From Euryarchaeota archaeon UBA58 (GTDB lineage: Archaea > Thermoplasmatota > Poseidoniia > Poseidoniales > Thalassarchaeaceae): a stretch of DNA of 64,000 nucleotides. Under the pieces are notes generated by a model, which saw nothing but the letters and a program-made list of their open reading frames with translations, made no database searches and was not told where the DNA came from. Every line of letters begins with the position of its first letter. Position 1 is the first letter of the stretch. Positions 28,348 through 38,237 of this stretch are shown piece by piece. The position numbers and the translations under genes are program-made. The stretch spans positions 42,478 through 106,477 of the forward strand of contig DAHR01000005.1 in the NCBI GenBank assembly GCA_002498525.1. The letters are read 5' to 3'.

Positions 28348-29072
28348 TTCAGATGTGGTTCTGGATCCTTCTCTTTCTGTCTACGGGTTTCGTCGTTCTC
28401 TATTACTCGCGGATTCAGCCATTCACCGAGATCAGCGGTAGATTCGCCGTAATCCTGATGCTGATTGGAATCACAATGTGGATCTCATCGACCGCCGCGC
28501 GACCGACTGCGGCTGCCGTCGCGCCGACAGTGGCTGCGGCTGTCGGTGGAATCGCCGTCATCAGCGGCGTGATTCACATGGCTGTGCTGCGTGATGATGT
28601 GGTCATCGCCCCCTTTGGGGGCGTATTGCTCTGCATGGGTGCGCTGAGCCTGATGGGTGAAAGATGGCCGATGATGTCTCAAACCGAGCAGATCGGCTCA
28701 TTCATCCTCGCCTCGGTCATCGTGTTGTTGGAGATTTATCTGGCCTTCCGAGGACTCGTCGTCGGTGTTCAGGGCATCACTTGGTCGAAATCAGGCCTAC
28801 GTCAGGTCAACCGCGGACTCCTGCGAGGACCACGCGGGGCGATCTCCCACTTCGAGCGTTCTTGGGACATGGACGACCCTTGGCTCAATGCGATGAGTCA
28901 CGCGGCCCTCGCGCTCATCCATCGTCACCTCGGAGATTCAGCCTCTGAGAAGGAACACCTGGCCGAACTCGAGAGCGGGGGTGGCTGGGAGTCGGTCGAC
29001 GAGACTTGGGTGAAGGCGATCGAGGCTGGATTGTCACACCTGAAAGCGACTCCACGCGGCGGGGACGATTGA
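28344..29072 (+). CDS. Hypothetical integral membrane protein (about 5 TM helices plus a C-terminal soluble region)
   Basis: Hydrophobic stretches WFWILLFLSTGFVVLYY, FAVILMLIGITMWI, AVGGIAVISGVIHMAV, VLLCMGALSL, FILASVIVLLEIYLAF. Confidence 0.5.
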   Translation: MIQMWFWILLFLSTGFVVLYYSRIQPFTEISGRFAVILMLIGITMWISSTAARPTAAAVAPTVAAAVGGIAVISGVIHMAVLRDDVVIAPFGGVLLCMGALSLMGERWPMMSQTEQIGSFILASVIVLLEIYLAFRGLVVGVQGITWSKSGLRQVNRGLLRGPRGAISHFERSWDMDDPWLNAMSHAALALIHRHLGDSASEKEHLAELESGGGWESVDETWVKAIEAGLSHLKATPRGGDD

Positions 29073-29102
29073 TAGCAGCCGGCCCATTCGGAAGTTGATA
29101 CA

Positions 29103-29720
29103 ATGGTGCGTATCACGAAGGTCCACACGGGCGGTGGCGACGGTGGTGAGACGTCTCTGGTCGACGGCAGTCGGGTCGGTAAGGAACACCCTCGGGTCAA
29201 TCTCTTCGGCACCATCGATGAGGCAAATTCGAGCATCGGCATCGTTCGCATGGAACTCTCACGCGCGCCGACTCATGCTCCTGATGGCGGCCGGATGACC
29301 GCTTTCGTCAGCTCCTGCGACACAGCCGATTCGATGCTCGGGGCGATTCAGCAGGAACTCTTCGACGTCGGTGCGGAATGCGCCTGTCCAGTCGGCGGTG
29401 TACCCGAACAGATGTCGATAATCAGCGCGGAGGCAGGAGACCGTTTGGTCGCCGAGATGGACGAGATGCTGCTCGACCTCGAGCCGCTCTCCTCATTCAT
29501 CCTCCCGACCGGCTCCCCGCCAGTCGCAAATCTGCACATCGCGCGCACCGTGGTTCGCCGGGCCGAGCGCGAAGCCTGTGCGATGCGCGATGAGGTTCGC
29601 GCCGAAATCATCAGCTATCTCAATCGACTCTCTGACCATTGCTTCGTCCTCGGCCGCTGGCTGACTGCCAAATCCGGTGGCGAAGAGACGCTTTGGACGC
29701 CTTTGGGAAAGCGAGATTGA
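29103..29720 (+). CDS. ATP:cob(I)alamin adenosyltransferase, PduO/MMAB type
   Basis: ITKVHTGGGDGGETSLVDGSRVGK...FGTIDEANSSIG matches the PduO-type ATR N-terminus. Confidence 0.75.
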   Translation: MVRITKVHTGGGDGGETSLVDGSRVGKEHPRVNLFGTIDEANSSIGIVRMELSRAPTHAPDGGRMTAFVSSCDTADSMLGAIQQELFDVGAECACPVGGVPEQMSIISAEAGDRLVAEMDEMLLDLEPLSSFILPTGSPPVANLHIARTVVRRAEREACAMRDEVRAEIISYLNRLSDHCFVLGRWLTAKSGGEETLWTPLGKRD

Positions 29721-29779
29721 AAGCAGTTCCCGGCTAGAATCAAGCCGCAATATCTTGCCCAAGAAACGGTACACTGCAT

Positions 29780-30190
29780 TCAAACGGGCACACCATTCGA
29801 CCGAAGATAAGCGCGCGCTTGACGAAGAATCTCCTTCTCTTGGTCGAAGGTCAATTGACCTTCGGCCTCATCAAAATCAAGCCAGAGATAATTCAGATGT
29901 TCATGCGACAGATTAACTGCCAACTCGTCGGTCGAAGCGATGTACCAGAATACCTGCTTCGGAACCAGATTCCCCTTCCTGCTGAAAGTGTATTCCGTCT
30001 TCGAACTCCACCCTCCATCAATCTCTATCCGGCGTATTCCGGTCTCTTCTTGCAACTCGCGCGAGGCGGTTTCGTGGTGGTCTTCGCCAGCCTCGATGTG
30101 GCCCTTCGGAAATGACCAGTGGCCTTGCGGATATTGCAGCAACAGGACGCTGTCGTAATTCACCAGCAGGAAGCCGCAGGAGGTCTCCAT
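29780..30190 (-). CDS. NUDIX hydrolase (Ap4A-hydrolase-like)
   Basis: Nudix box GHWSFPKGHIEAGEDHHETASRELQEETG. Start chosen at METSCGFLL; the track ORF runs to 30241. Confidence 0.75.
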   Translation of the reverse strand: METSCGFLLVNYDSVLLLQYPQGHWSFPKGHIEAGEDHHETASRELQEETGIRRIEIDGGWSSKTEYTFSRKGNLVPKQVFWYIASTDELAVNLSHEHLNYLWLDFDEAEGQLTFDQEKEILRQARAYLRSNGVPV

Positions 30191-30359
30191 AGGTGCAGGT
30201 ATAGGCCTCCCCCATATCTCGATTCTCCTTCTTTTCGTCACAGATTATAAATTGAACAAGGTTGAATCTTGTGAGTCTACCTGATTCGTTCGACTGGAAT
30301 GGGCGGAATGACTTGTTCTTTGTGGCAAACAGATGAAATGCGGGGCGCGGCGCAGTGTG

Positions 30360-31361
30360 ATGATGCCTCACCGCGCCCTCGCCCTCGACATCCGTCGAAT
30401 CGTCACTGATTCGGACCTCGACGGTGTCGTGACCGCAGCGATTCTGCGGCGTTGGTGGCCTGATGCAGAGGTGATTTTCGGTCATCCCGGCGCTTTGAGG
30501 GCTGGGATGCTCGACGATGTCATCGATGGACTGACCGCCGTTTGCGACCTGCCACGCCATCCGGCGTGTGGTTTGAGCATCGACCATCATCAATCGAATG
30601 AGGGGGGTTTAGGTGACGAGTCGACGAACTTCGAAAATTCTGAGATGGTGGTCGTTTGGCGGCCGACCGCCTCAGCCGCTCGTATTGCTTACGATATCAT
30701 CGGCGAGGAGGTTGATCTCAGCGATTTGACTGAGTTGATGGTCTGGGTCGACAAATTGGATGGTGGAGGGGTGACCCGCGATGAATTCCTCTCCGACCAT
30801 CCGATGATCTGGTTGGGGCGAGTCATCGGAGGTTCCGATGAAGTCGCCCTCCACATTCTCGAAGCGATTCAGAATGGGGACGGTGTCGAAGCGATTCTCG
30901 CCTCTGAAACCGTGGCTTCGATAATGACTGAAAAAAAGCGTCGATACGCTCTGGCCGACAAGACGATTGAGGAGCGTCTCGAAATCGTTGACAGGCTCGC
31001 AATCGTGCGATTGGAAGACATGGGCATGCGCTCGAACGGCTATCGTGTGACTGCCACTGCAGGTGATGAGTGCGATGCCTGCATCGTCGTCCATGGCGAT
31101 GTCGGGGCTGACTTCGGTGACGAGGGGCAATATCCTGTATCGGCCTCCTTCTACACCAATTCGTTTCTTCACACGGATGGTGGCATCTACGATTTGACTC
31201 GCCTAGCGACTCGTTTCGATGTCGATGGCGGTGGGCATGCGAATGCCTGCGGCTGTCGGATTCAACCTCTGGAGGATGGCGAGCGGGCTGAGCGTGGTGT
31301 GCTCGCCGAAGACATCGATTCGAACCTCTCTGAATGGCTGGGAATGTGGGCGCAACGGTGA
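30360..31361 (+). CDS. DHH/DHHA1 family phosphoesterase (NrnA-like)
   Basis: DHH motifs IVTDSDLDGVVTAAIL and SIDHHQSN; DHHA1 motif GGGH. Confidence 0.7.
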   Translation: MMPHRALALDIRRIVTDSDLDGVVTAAILRRWWPDAEVIFGHPGALRAGMLDDVIDGLTAVCDLPRHPACGLSIDHHQSNEGGLGDESTNFENSEMVVVWRPTASAARIAYDIIGEEVDLSDLTELMVWVDKLDGGGVTRDEFLSDHPMIWLGRVIGGSDEVALHILEAIQNGDGVEAILASETVASIMTEKKRRYALADKTIEERLEIVDRLAIVRLEDMGMRSNGYRVTATAGDECDACIVVHGDVGADFGDEGQYPVSASFYTNSFLHTDGGIYDLTRLATRFDVDGGGHANACGCRIQPLEDGERAERGVLAEDIDSNLSEWLGMWAQR

Positions 31362-31424
31362 GGTTTCCTGGGTCGAACGCAAGGCGTTCAGAACCTTACT
31401 TCGCACTTCGGAAAGCTCGGGTCA

Positions 31425-31895
31425 TCAAAGAATCTGCAGAAGGTAGAGAAATCCGAGAAATGCGTGGATCACGACCAATACCGCCATCACATCAGCGACT
31501 CGTCCGTGCAGATCCCGGGTCTTCGCGAATCGTTCACCTGCTGATTTGAGATCGCGTGTTCTACTGCCCAGTCTCCATAGGTAAATCATCAGGGTGAGGC
31601 CGAGCAGGCCGACCCAGCCGTGGAAATGCCCTGGCTCGAGAATCTCGATGCTGAGTGATTCACCGCCAAGGATGGCTGTCGTTGCTTTGGCGGCGAAGGC
31701 GAGAGTGATTAGGCCGATGACCATCAGCAGCACCCTCGTGCCGGTGCTCTCGTGATGAGTGAGTGATTCCGCTCTCTCAGCCCCCTTGAGTTGGCGGCTG
31801 GCAGCTCGCCATTCGCGCTGCTTCATGAATATGCGGATGACGAGCAGTGCTGCGAAAGGGTGCAGTAGGAGAATGGCGGTCCGCATCACCTCCAT
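31425..31895 (-). CDS. Hypothetical membrane protein (about 4 TM helices)
   Basis: Hydrophobic C-terminal 157 aa starting MEVMRTAILLLHPFAALLVI. The upstream part of the track ORF is Arg/Pro-rich and probably not coding. Confidence 0.45.
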   Translation of the reverse strand: MEVMRTAILLLHPFAALLVIRIFMKQREWRAASRQLKGAERAESLTHHESTGTRVLLMVIGLITLAFAAKATTAILGGESLSIEILEPGHFHGWVGLLGLTLMIYLWRLGSRTRDLKSAGERFAKTRDLHGRVADVMAVLVVIHAFLGFLYLLQIL

Positions 31896-32245
31896 GGCAA
31901 CTGCTCCATCGACGAGGTCTTGAGTCCTCTCTTTCACGCCTTGCGAGGTAAGGCGATGTCTTGATGTATGGAGGTCGTGGGCGAGGCCCGTTGGAGTGAT
32001 TCTGCTTGGAGGAATACCTGCTGGAGTGCGTCCTTCGCCTGCAGAGAGCAGGCGAGGATGAGGGGCGGCGCAAGCGCGAGATGCAGAAGCCGAAGGCATG
32101 GTCGCTGCTCTCCATCGAGTGGAAGGCGATGGCCATGCTCGCCGCCACCAAGTCGGCGCCGGATGCGATAGACGCGAACGCCGCTTCTGGGAGATCGGCG
32201 AGAGGACATAGGCAGAGAATCGGGCGACGTGGTGGACGCGTTGCC

Positions 32246-35200
32246 ATGGCCAGCCTCGAAGAGCGCTTGGCGAATCCAAGAGATGTGCTCACCTCGGATG
32301 CTTCTTCTGCCTACAGACTCGCTGTATTGATCGCTCAGAAACATCGGATGGGCGATTCCTGGTCCGGACTATGGGATGATGATATGGCTGCTCTGCGCAC
32401 TGAGTGCGAGGCAGGAGTCCATCCGGTCTGGGAGCGAATGGCCAGAGAAGCTCCATTGATAGCGGAATTGGGAAGATTTCCCACTGTCATGACTCAGATG
32501 TCGAGCGTGGATTCGGCATCTTGGATCGAGGCTGCCCGCTTCGATCCTGTCGATCACAACGCACTGCTAGCATGGCTGGATGCCTGCCCTCTGAGATTCG
32601 ATCAGCATCAGGCTCACGCTCTCCAGAGAATCGTCAGGGATCTGCTTGGCGGAAAGGCTCGACCCTCTCGCTGGGAGAAGTGGATGAATCCTTCTCTTCT
32701 CGGCATGAATGGCGATGCGGCTCTACTCGAAGCGATGCTCTTCGCAGCCGCCTCGAATCAGCGAGCTGCCGATGTCTTCGAATCATTCGAAAGTCCTGGA
32801 CTGCGAGGCGTTTCTTCCTCTCATCTGCTGCTCCTGGAAGTCAGAGGTGGTGAGGCGAACAGGTGGTCTGAGGCGGCTGATCGAGAAGGCGAAGATCCCC
32901 TATCCATTGCGATTCGACTTGAAGCATGGGCGAGTTTCTCAGATGATGCTGCAGATCGAGGCATCGAGAGTCTGATTTCCGGTCACCGTATTCTCTCAGA
33001 TGCTTCAAGATCCTCTCCGACTGCTCTGCGCTGGCGAATCGTCAACGTACTCGCGGATGCGGGTAGAGTGGAAGAGAGTGCAGAATTCATTCAGGGACTC
33101 GAGATAACGAATGCCGAGCAGATGATGGGTGCTCTCGCCATCCTCAGAGCATCGGGTCACGCTGGACTCGAAGATACCATTATCTCGACGCTTTCGAACT
33201 CGGAAGATGGGCTGGTTCTCTCCGTGATGCTCGATGAGGCTTCGCCTCTGAACATCAGAAAGAAATCAGCTGAGATTCTCTCACTCCACGGTTCACAAGC
33301 CATAGAGGAGATTCTTGAGGTCTTCACACTGGCTGCCGACATAGATGGACTCAGCAGGGAGATTCTGGCCGATCCGAAGTTAGCGGCCAGATTCCCACAG
33401 CGCGCTCTACTGGTCTGGCATCTGATTCCTGCCAGCAGGGCGGTCTCCGTACTCGATAGCCTCGAGGCTGCCCGTCGTCTGGCGATCCTCTCTCTCTCTG
33501 GGAGTCAGACGGACTCTGCACTCTCGAATTCCGCCTCGGCTCTCATAGCCCTTCTCAGCGGCATACCATCAGAGATGGATTCGGTACACGAGAAATTGGA
33601 TTCCGACGGCGTTCTGGCTCTCAATGAAGTTCGCCGTGCACTCTCAACGAGGGGTGACGGTGTGGTTCGTGAGAACCGCATAGAGGCTCTCGAGCAATCG
33701 GTTCTCAATGCCGAATTGACCTATCTTGAACGAAATCTGTTCATGGCACTCCTCGACTCTCTGAGATTGAATCGGGCGACGATGGATCTGCAGAGCGGAG
33801 TTGACGAGCGCATGGTTTCGGCTCTGGCGGCGCTCAATCTGCTCTGTGCGAAACAAGGGGTCGCTATGCGCACGATTCAAGGATCCAGCGAACTGGTCTT
33901 GGAACACAATGCTGCCATCGTCAGTCTCGAAGAATGGTACCGCAGCCACGACAGTGGTTCTGCGGCGCACCAAATCGTTCGAGCCACGATAGCGCGTGAG
34001 AAAGGCGACAGGATCAATGCCGCTCGCGCCTATCGCGACGCGGCCATGAAGGCTAGAGAAGACTTCGAGAGATCGGCTCTGTTGCTGCGTAAATCACTCA
34101 TCGAATTCGCTCACGCGGGTGGCTGGAAGGAAGCGATCAATCTCATCGACAACCACCCGGAATTGACCGCCTCGGTGACCTCGCGCTTCCAGCTCTACCT
34201 CAGGACCTGCGCCGATACCGTCGTCGGCAAGAACGCCATCGCGACTCAACGAATCATCGAATACATCGCCGCCAGAGAACCCGATGATCCAGACATCGAA
34301 GGAATCGACAGGGCGGCGGTGAAGAGGAGGCTCGAAGCCCTCGATCGTGCGCTCAATTACGCTGCTGATCATCGACTGCCGGAGGACCCCTTCAACGGTC
34401 GCGTTCGAGCTGCGCAGAGGAGGCTGCGCAGATCGGATTCCTCGAGACGCAGCAATCTCGAGGGCCGATTCCTACTCGAACTCAATGAGAAGAAGGATGT
34501 GCTGGAAATCACCTTAATCGCAGAGGAAGTCGCCGAGATTTCCCCGATTCGCGCCCTGCGAATGTTTGAGACCGCCATCGAATCAGAAAACTTCGACCTT
34601 CGTCAGATGCAGATTCTCGTGCGCTCACAGAAAGCGATGTTCCAGCGCCACAGCAGAACCATCGCTGTATCGCACCGCAGAAGCCTGAATCACCTCGCCC
34701 TCCAACCTCTTGTTCTGATCGACACCAACATCCTCATCGATGCACTGAAGGACGATCTTCTCCAACAAATCGCACAGGATAGCATCGGTTCATTCGATTG
34801 GACCGTCGAGCGCGCCTTCGTCTGGATGCTGCGCCGCAGGAATCAGGAAGGTCGAGTTCTGCTCTGCATTCCTCCGGCTGCGCAGAGTGAATTCCTCAAT
34901 CGAGCCAAGAATCCTGATTCCGCCCTCGCTCTCTTCAACGATATCTACATCGATCGCGCGGTCTGGAAGAAGAAGATCACTCGCGAACTGCTACAGGAAC
35001 GAGTAGAAGCCATCTGCAATTCCTTCGGCGGCTTCCATCTCAAGGCCGATAAGCCAGCGAAATCGGAAATCGACCTAGATTCATTCCTCGTCCGCCACAA
35101 GCACATCTTCGAACGTATAACCGAACAGAAAATGCTGTCTCGTGACGACCCCCCCCCACGGACGATCATCGACGGTGATGATATCTATCCCGAACCAGGC

Positions 35201-35377
35201 GATTGCGATATCATGCAGGAGTCGGCGGTGCACGCCAATTCGATGATTCCGGACGTGGGCTGTGTCCTCGTCGCCACTCGTGACACGGATTTCATGCTCA
35301 TCGCTAGAGCGCTACAGGATAGTTTCGGATTCGGGGTCATCTGGACGGCTTCGCAACTCAACCACCACGTCCTATGA
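32246..35377 (+). CDS. Large (about 1040 aa) alpha-helical protein with a C-terminal PIN-like nuclease domain; function unknown
   Basis: C-terminal PIN signature: LVLIDTNILIDAL (Asp 1), CIPPAAQSEF (Glu), PEPGDCDIM (Asp 3), LVATRDTDF (Asp 4). No Walker A/B motif anywhere. Start chosen at MASLEERL (32246); the track ORF starts at 32006 with an Arg-rich stretch. Confidence 0.55.
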   Translation: MASLEERLANPRDVLTSDASSAYRLAVLIAQKHRMGDSWSGLWDDDMAALRTECEAGVHPVWERMAREAPLIAELGRFPTVMTQMSSVDSASWIEAARFDPVDHNALLAWLDACPLRFDQHQAHALQRIVRDLLGGKARPSRWEKWMNPSLLGMNGDAALLEAMLFAAASNQRAADVFESFESPGLRGVSSSHLLLLEVRGGEANRWSEAADREGEDPLSIAIRLEAWASFSDDAADRGIESLISGHRILSDASRSSPTALRWRIVNVLADAGRVEESAEFIQGLEITNAEQMMGALAILRASGHAGLEDTIISTLSNSEDGLVLSVMLDEASPLNIRKKSAEILSLHGSQAIEEILEVFTLAADIDGLSREILADPKLAARFPQRALLVWHLIPASRAVSVLDSLEAARRLAILSLSGSQTDSALSNSASALIALLSGIPSEMDSVHEKLDSDGVLALNEVRRALSTRGDGVVRENRIEALEQSVLNAELTYLERNLFMALLDSLRLNRATMDLQSGVDERMVSALAALNLLCAKQGVAMRTIQGSSELVLEHNAAIVSLEEWYRSHDSGSAAHQIVRATIAREKGDRINAARAYRDAAMKAREDFERSALLLRKSLIEFAHAGGWKEAINLIDNHPELTASVTSRFQLYLRTCADTVVGKNAIATQRIIEYIAAREPDDPDIEGIDRAAVKRRLEALDRALNYAADHRLPEDPFNGRVRAAQRRLRRSDSSRRSNLEGRFLLELNEKKDVLEITLIAEEVAEISPIRALRMFETAIESENFDLRQMQILVRSQKAMFQRHSRTIAVSHRRSLNHLALQPLVLIDTNILIDALKDDLLQQIAQDSIGSFDWTVERAFVWMLRRRNQEGRVLLCIPPAAQSEFLNRAKNPDSALALFNDIYIDRAVWKKKITRELLQERVEAICNSFGGFHLKADKPAKSEIDLDSFLVRHKHIFERITEQKMLSRDDPPPRTIIDGDDIYPEPGDCDIMQESAVHANSMIPDVGCVLVATRDTDFMLIARALQDSFGFGVIWTASQLNHHVL

Positions 35378-35398
35378 GACAGGTGCCACGAGCAGCGC

Positions 35399-36412
35399 TC
35401 ATGATTCTGGTGTTTCGGGCGCCTCGATGGTTTCGAGCGCTCCGAGCGATTCACCCAGCCGGCTCATGATGACGGTCGCCGACTCGATGCTGGTGACCGT
35501 CTCGACACTTTTTCCCGCCGAGAAGAACTGTTTCTTCTTCGAGGCTGAACCACCTTTCTTGCGGGTCAGGTTACGCAGTTTGAAAAAGGATCGGAGATTG
35601 AGGAACATCCTCGCAGTATGCTTGAAACGACCTGTCAGCAAGCGGCGCATCAACCATGAATTATCCTGCTTGAAATGATTTGAGTGGATGACGGAGATTG
35701 GAATACCTGTCAAGCGATTCGTCCAGACTATATCCTCCTCACCAGCCTCGACGATGGCTTCCTTGTAATCCTCTGGCGAGTTACATTCGGTCGTCGCGAT
35801 GAAGCGCGTTCCCATCTGGACTCCATCGTAACCGATGGCCATCGCCTCGGCCAATTCAACCTCAGAACCTATCCCTCCAGCACATATCAGAGGCAGGCCG
35901 AGGTCAGAAAGTTCGGCGAACATCTCAGCTGACGATTTCGCCCCGAGATGCCCTCCGGCCCTGTCATTGACGCAGATCAGACCGTCGACACCGCATTCGA
36001 TGCCTTTCAGAGCATGCTTGCGGGTCGTGACATCGTGGTAGACATAGCCGCCCTTCGCGTGCACTCGCTCGCATACCCAATCAGGTTTGCCCAGAGAGGT
36101 GACGAAGAAGCGGATGCCCTCATCGAGAGCGATGTCTATCCAATTAGACATCTTGTCGAGATATTTCTTCGAACCCTTCTCGATGAGGGCGTTGAAGCCG
36201 ATCGGTTTGTCGGTCAGAGAGCGCATCAGTCGAATGCCTTCGCGTAGATCATGGCCATGGACGAAAGTCAGTGACACCGGTTGCATGATGGCGAGGCCGC
36301 CGCCGGCAGAGGCTGCGGCCACGAGTTCGGGATTCGAGCACGGATACATCGCACCGCAGATGATTGGATGTTCGACTCCAGCGTGCTCGGTGAAGCGTGT
36401 GCTCATGGCCAT
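35399..36412 (-). CDS. NMO-family (nitronate monooxygenase / FabK-like) FMN-dependent oxidoreductase
   Basis: EHPIICGAMYPCSNPELVAAASAGGGLAIMQ...ICAGGIGS is the typical 2-nitropropane dioxygenase family pattern. Start chosen at MAMSTRF. Confidence 0.7.
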   Translation of the reverse strand: MAMSTRFTEHAGVEHPIICGAMYPCSNPELVAAASAGGGLAIMQPVSLTFVHGHDLREGIRLMRSLTDKPIGFNALIEKGSKKYLDKMSNWIDIALDEGIRFFVTSLGKPDWVCERVHAKGGYVYHDVTTRKHALKGIECGVDGLICVNDRAGGHLGAKSSAEMFAELSDLGLPLICAGGIGSEVELAEAMAIGYDGVQMGTRFIATTECNSPEDYKEAIVEAGEEDIVWTNRLTGIPISVIHSNHFKQDNSWLMRRLLTGRFKHTARMFLNLRSFFKLRNLTRKKGGSASKKKQFFSAGKSVETVTSIESATVIMSRLGESLGALETIEAPETPES

Positions 36413-36416
36413 TTTT

Positions 36417-36908
36417 TCACCGCGCCCTGAAATTCCATTTGAATTTCCACTCCGAGACGATATCACCAGAAGCGTCTCGTCCAACCGAATGCAATTCACA
36501 ATCGACGGCTCCACCACTCGACAAAGCCGTCTCAATTGCTTCGCGGGTCTTGCCGACCTCCTCGCAAGTGAAGGTGATACGGCCCTTCGCACGCTTCACG
36601 AAGCGGGCTTCGGTGCCGATCACGAACATTCGTAATCCGCCTTCACAGGCTTGTGAAATCGCGAATGGGGCGGCCCCAGTCGCCAACTCCGCAGCCATTC
36701 CCTGTGCCGCCCAATACATCGTTTTGAAGGGATTCTGCGAGCGCCAGCCACCGGCCAGCGAGGCGATGCAGCGCTCGTCGTCGATGCTGTCCAGACGAAG
36801 CCCTGTGAAAGCTGCACTCGGCATCTTGAGAATGGTAAAAATTCGAAATCGACCACGCTTCGCAAGCCTTCGATATTCGGCATCCAACTTCTCGGCATCG
36901 ATCCCCAT
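36417..36908 (-). CDS. Hot-dog fold protein (DUF4442/PaaI-like thioesterase-like)
   Basis: 163 aa with a thioesterase-like core; sits 4 nt upstream of the NMO gene in the same operon. Confidence 0.45.
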   Translation of the reverse strand: MGIDAEKLDAEYRRLAKRGRFRIFTILKMPSAAFTGLRLDSIDDERCIASLAGGWRSQNPFKTMYWAAQGMAAELATGAAPFAISQACEGGLRMFVIGTEARFVKRAKGRITFTCEEVGKTREAIETALSSGGAVDCELHSVGRDASGDIVSEWKFKWNFRAR

Positions 36909-36912
36909 CCAC

Positions 36913-37194
36913 TCAACTCGGTGAAGCGGATGACCCGCTGCGGTTCATCAATGAATCCACCAGCTCGCAATAGCGTTCCATCGCTTCTTCGTCCGACGTT
37001 CCACGCAGTCTGCGCCAAGCCCGCCACTTCGCCATGCCGACCATTCCATCAGGAATCGGGTGCGGGCTCTTGGCATCGCCCTCTGTCGCCTGTTTGTAGA
37101 GAGCATAGAGATTGAGAAGAGTAGAATCGTCCGGCTTCTCCTTCAGCCTCCAGACCCGCCGGCTCGACCTCTCAAAGCGCTTGCTCAAGTTCAT
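36913..37194 (-). CDS. Acyl-CoA-binding protein (ACBP)
   Basis: LYALYKQATEGDAKSPHP...MAKWRAWRRLRGTSDEEAMERY matches ACBP motifs (YKQAT-GD, KW-AW, GTS-E-AM-Y). Start at MNLSKRFE, immediately after the upstream stop. Confidence 0.75.
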   Translation of the reverse strand: MNLSKRFERSSRRVWRLKEKPDDSTLLNLYALYKQATEGDAKSPHPIPDGMVGMAKWRAWRRLRGTSDEEAMERYCELVDSLMNRSGSSASPS

Positions 37195-38237
37195 CTCATC
37201 GCCTCCAACCACGCCTCTACCTTCGCCCTGCGGACCGGCATATCCACTCTCGATGTGTGTGGCATATCGTTGAGGACGTGGACTTCGGCCACGTCGCCGA
37301 GATGCTCTTTGAAGAGAGCGAAATGAGCCTCGCCGAGCATCTCGTCCTGACCCGCTTGAATAGCAAGAATCGGCACTTCCGGGAGTCCCCAATAAGGCAA
37401 TTCCGAGGTCGCGTAGCGGACGGAGAGATCGGGGTGGATGCGCTCGTATTCTCGGCGCAGAACATGTCTGACCCAGGGCCGAGCCATGACCATCCTGCCG
37501 GGGAGTTTCTCGTCGATTATCATCGGGAATGAGGTCACTGGAGACTCGAGGACGATGCCCTCAAGGCGGTGTTCCCACCACCCTGAAGGGTAGGCTGCGA
37601 GCCTGATGGTGATGAATCCGCCCATTGAATGCCCGTATATCCACAGTCGCTCGGGAGTGAATCCCAATTGTTTCGGGGCTTCCTCCAGCAGGGCTTCGGC
37701 GTCGGCGATGACTTTCAGCAGGGTCCAATCCATTCGCCCTTGTTGATTGCCCAAGCCTCGTTGGTCCGCTCCTATCACATTGATTCCGAGTGATTGAAGA
37801 TGCTGGCAGCGGGATTCGCCGCGAGCGAGCGACGAAGGATAGCCATGGAGATAGAGAACGAGGTCCTTGCTCGGCTCATCGGCGAGCAGAATGAAGGCTT
37901 GCATCCTCTCCTCACCCCAACCTAGGAAATCGAAGATTTTCCATCGAGAATCGGTCAATGGGACCGGCTCTCTGTAAGGAGTGGTGAAAACCGAGAGATA
38001 GATCTTCCAGTAGATGAAGAGCCAGAAGCCCAGAGGAATCGAGAGGCCGATGAGAATCAGTGCTGCTCGATTCACCCGAATCTGAGGAAAAGCGATTACG
38101 GCGAGGGCTTCGACGAGGAAGAGGGCTGTCAGAACCGTCGGAATGCTCGGAGTCCAGGTGACAGGGGTTTTCGCATAGGCCGCCGCTCTACGGGCTCTCA
38201 AAATCAATCGGTCACGGCGACGGTTGATGACACTCAC
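37191..38237 (-). CDS. Membrane-anchored alpha/beta hydrolase (lipase/esterase-like)
   Basis: Nucleophile elbow GHSMGG, LVLYLHGYPSS, and two N-terminal TM helices. Probable GTG start overlapping the acyl-CoA dehydrogenase stop (GTGA). Confidence 0.6.
   Translation of the reverse strand: MSVINRRRDRLILRARRAAAYAKTPVTWTPSIPTVLTALFLVEALAVIAFPQIRVNRAALILIGLSIPLGFWLFIYWKIYLSVFTTPYREPVPLTDSRWKIFDFLGWGEERMQAFILLADEPSKDLVLYLHGYPSSLARGESRCQHLQSLGINVIGADQRGLGNQQGRMDWTLLKVIADAEALLEEAPKQLGFTPERLWIYGHSMGGFITIRLAAYPSGWWEHRLEGIVLESPVTSFPMIIDEKLPGRMVMARPWVRHVLRREYERIHPDLSVRYATSELPYWGLPEVPILAIQAGQDEMLGEAHFALFKEHLGDVAEVHVLNDMPHTSRVDMPVRRAKVEAWLEAMR

Noticed and set aside
30018-30593. 191-aa minus-strand ORF
   Set aside because: Runs antisense across the Nudix gene and the start of the DHH gene and the spacer between them. 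No motif support.
31777-32344. Overlapping Arg-rich ORFs (171 and 136 aa, minus) and the first 80 codons of the 32006 plus ORF
   Set aside because: GC-rich divergent spacer. The composition (R/P/A/S-rich) and mutual overlap indicate non-coding or shadow frames. Real starts placed at 31895 (minus gene) and 32246 (plus gene), though the 350-bp spacer remains unexplained.
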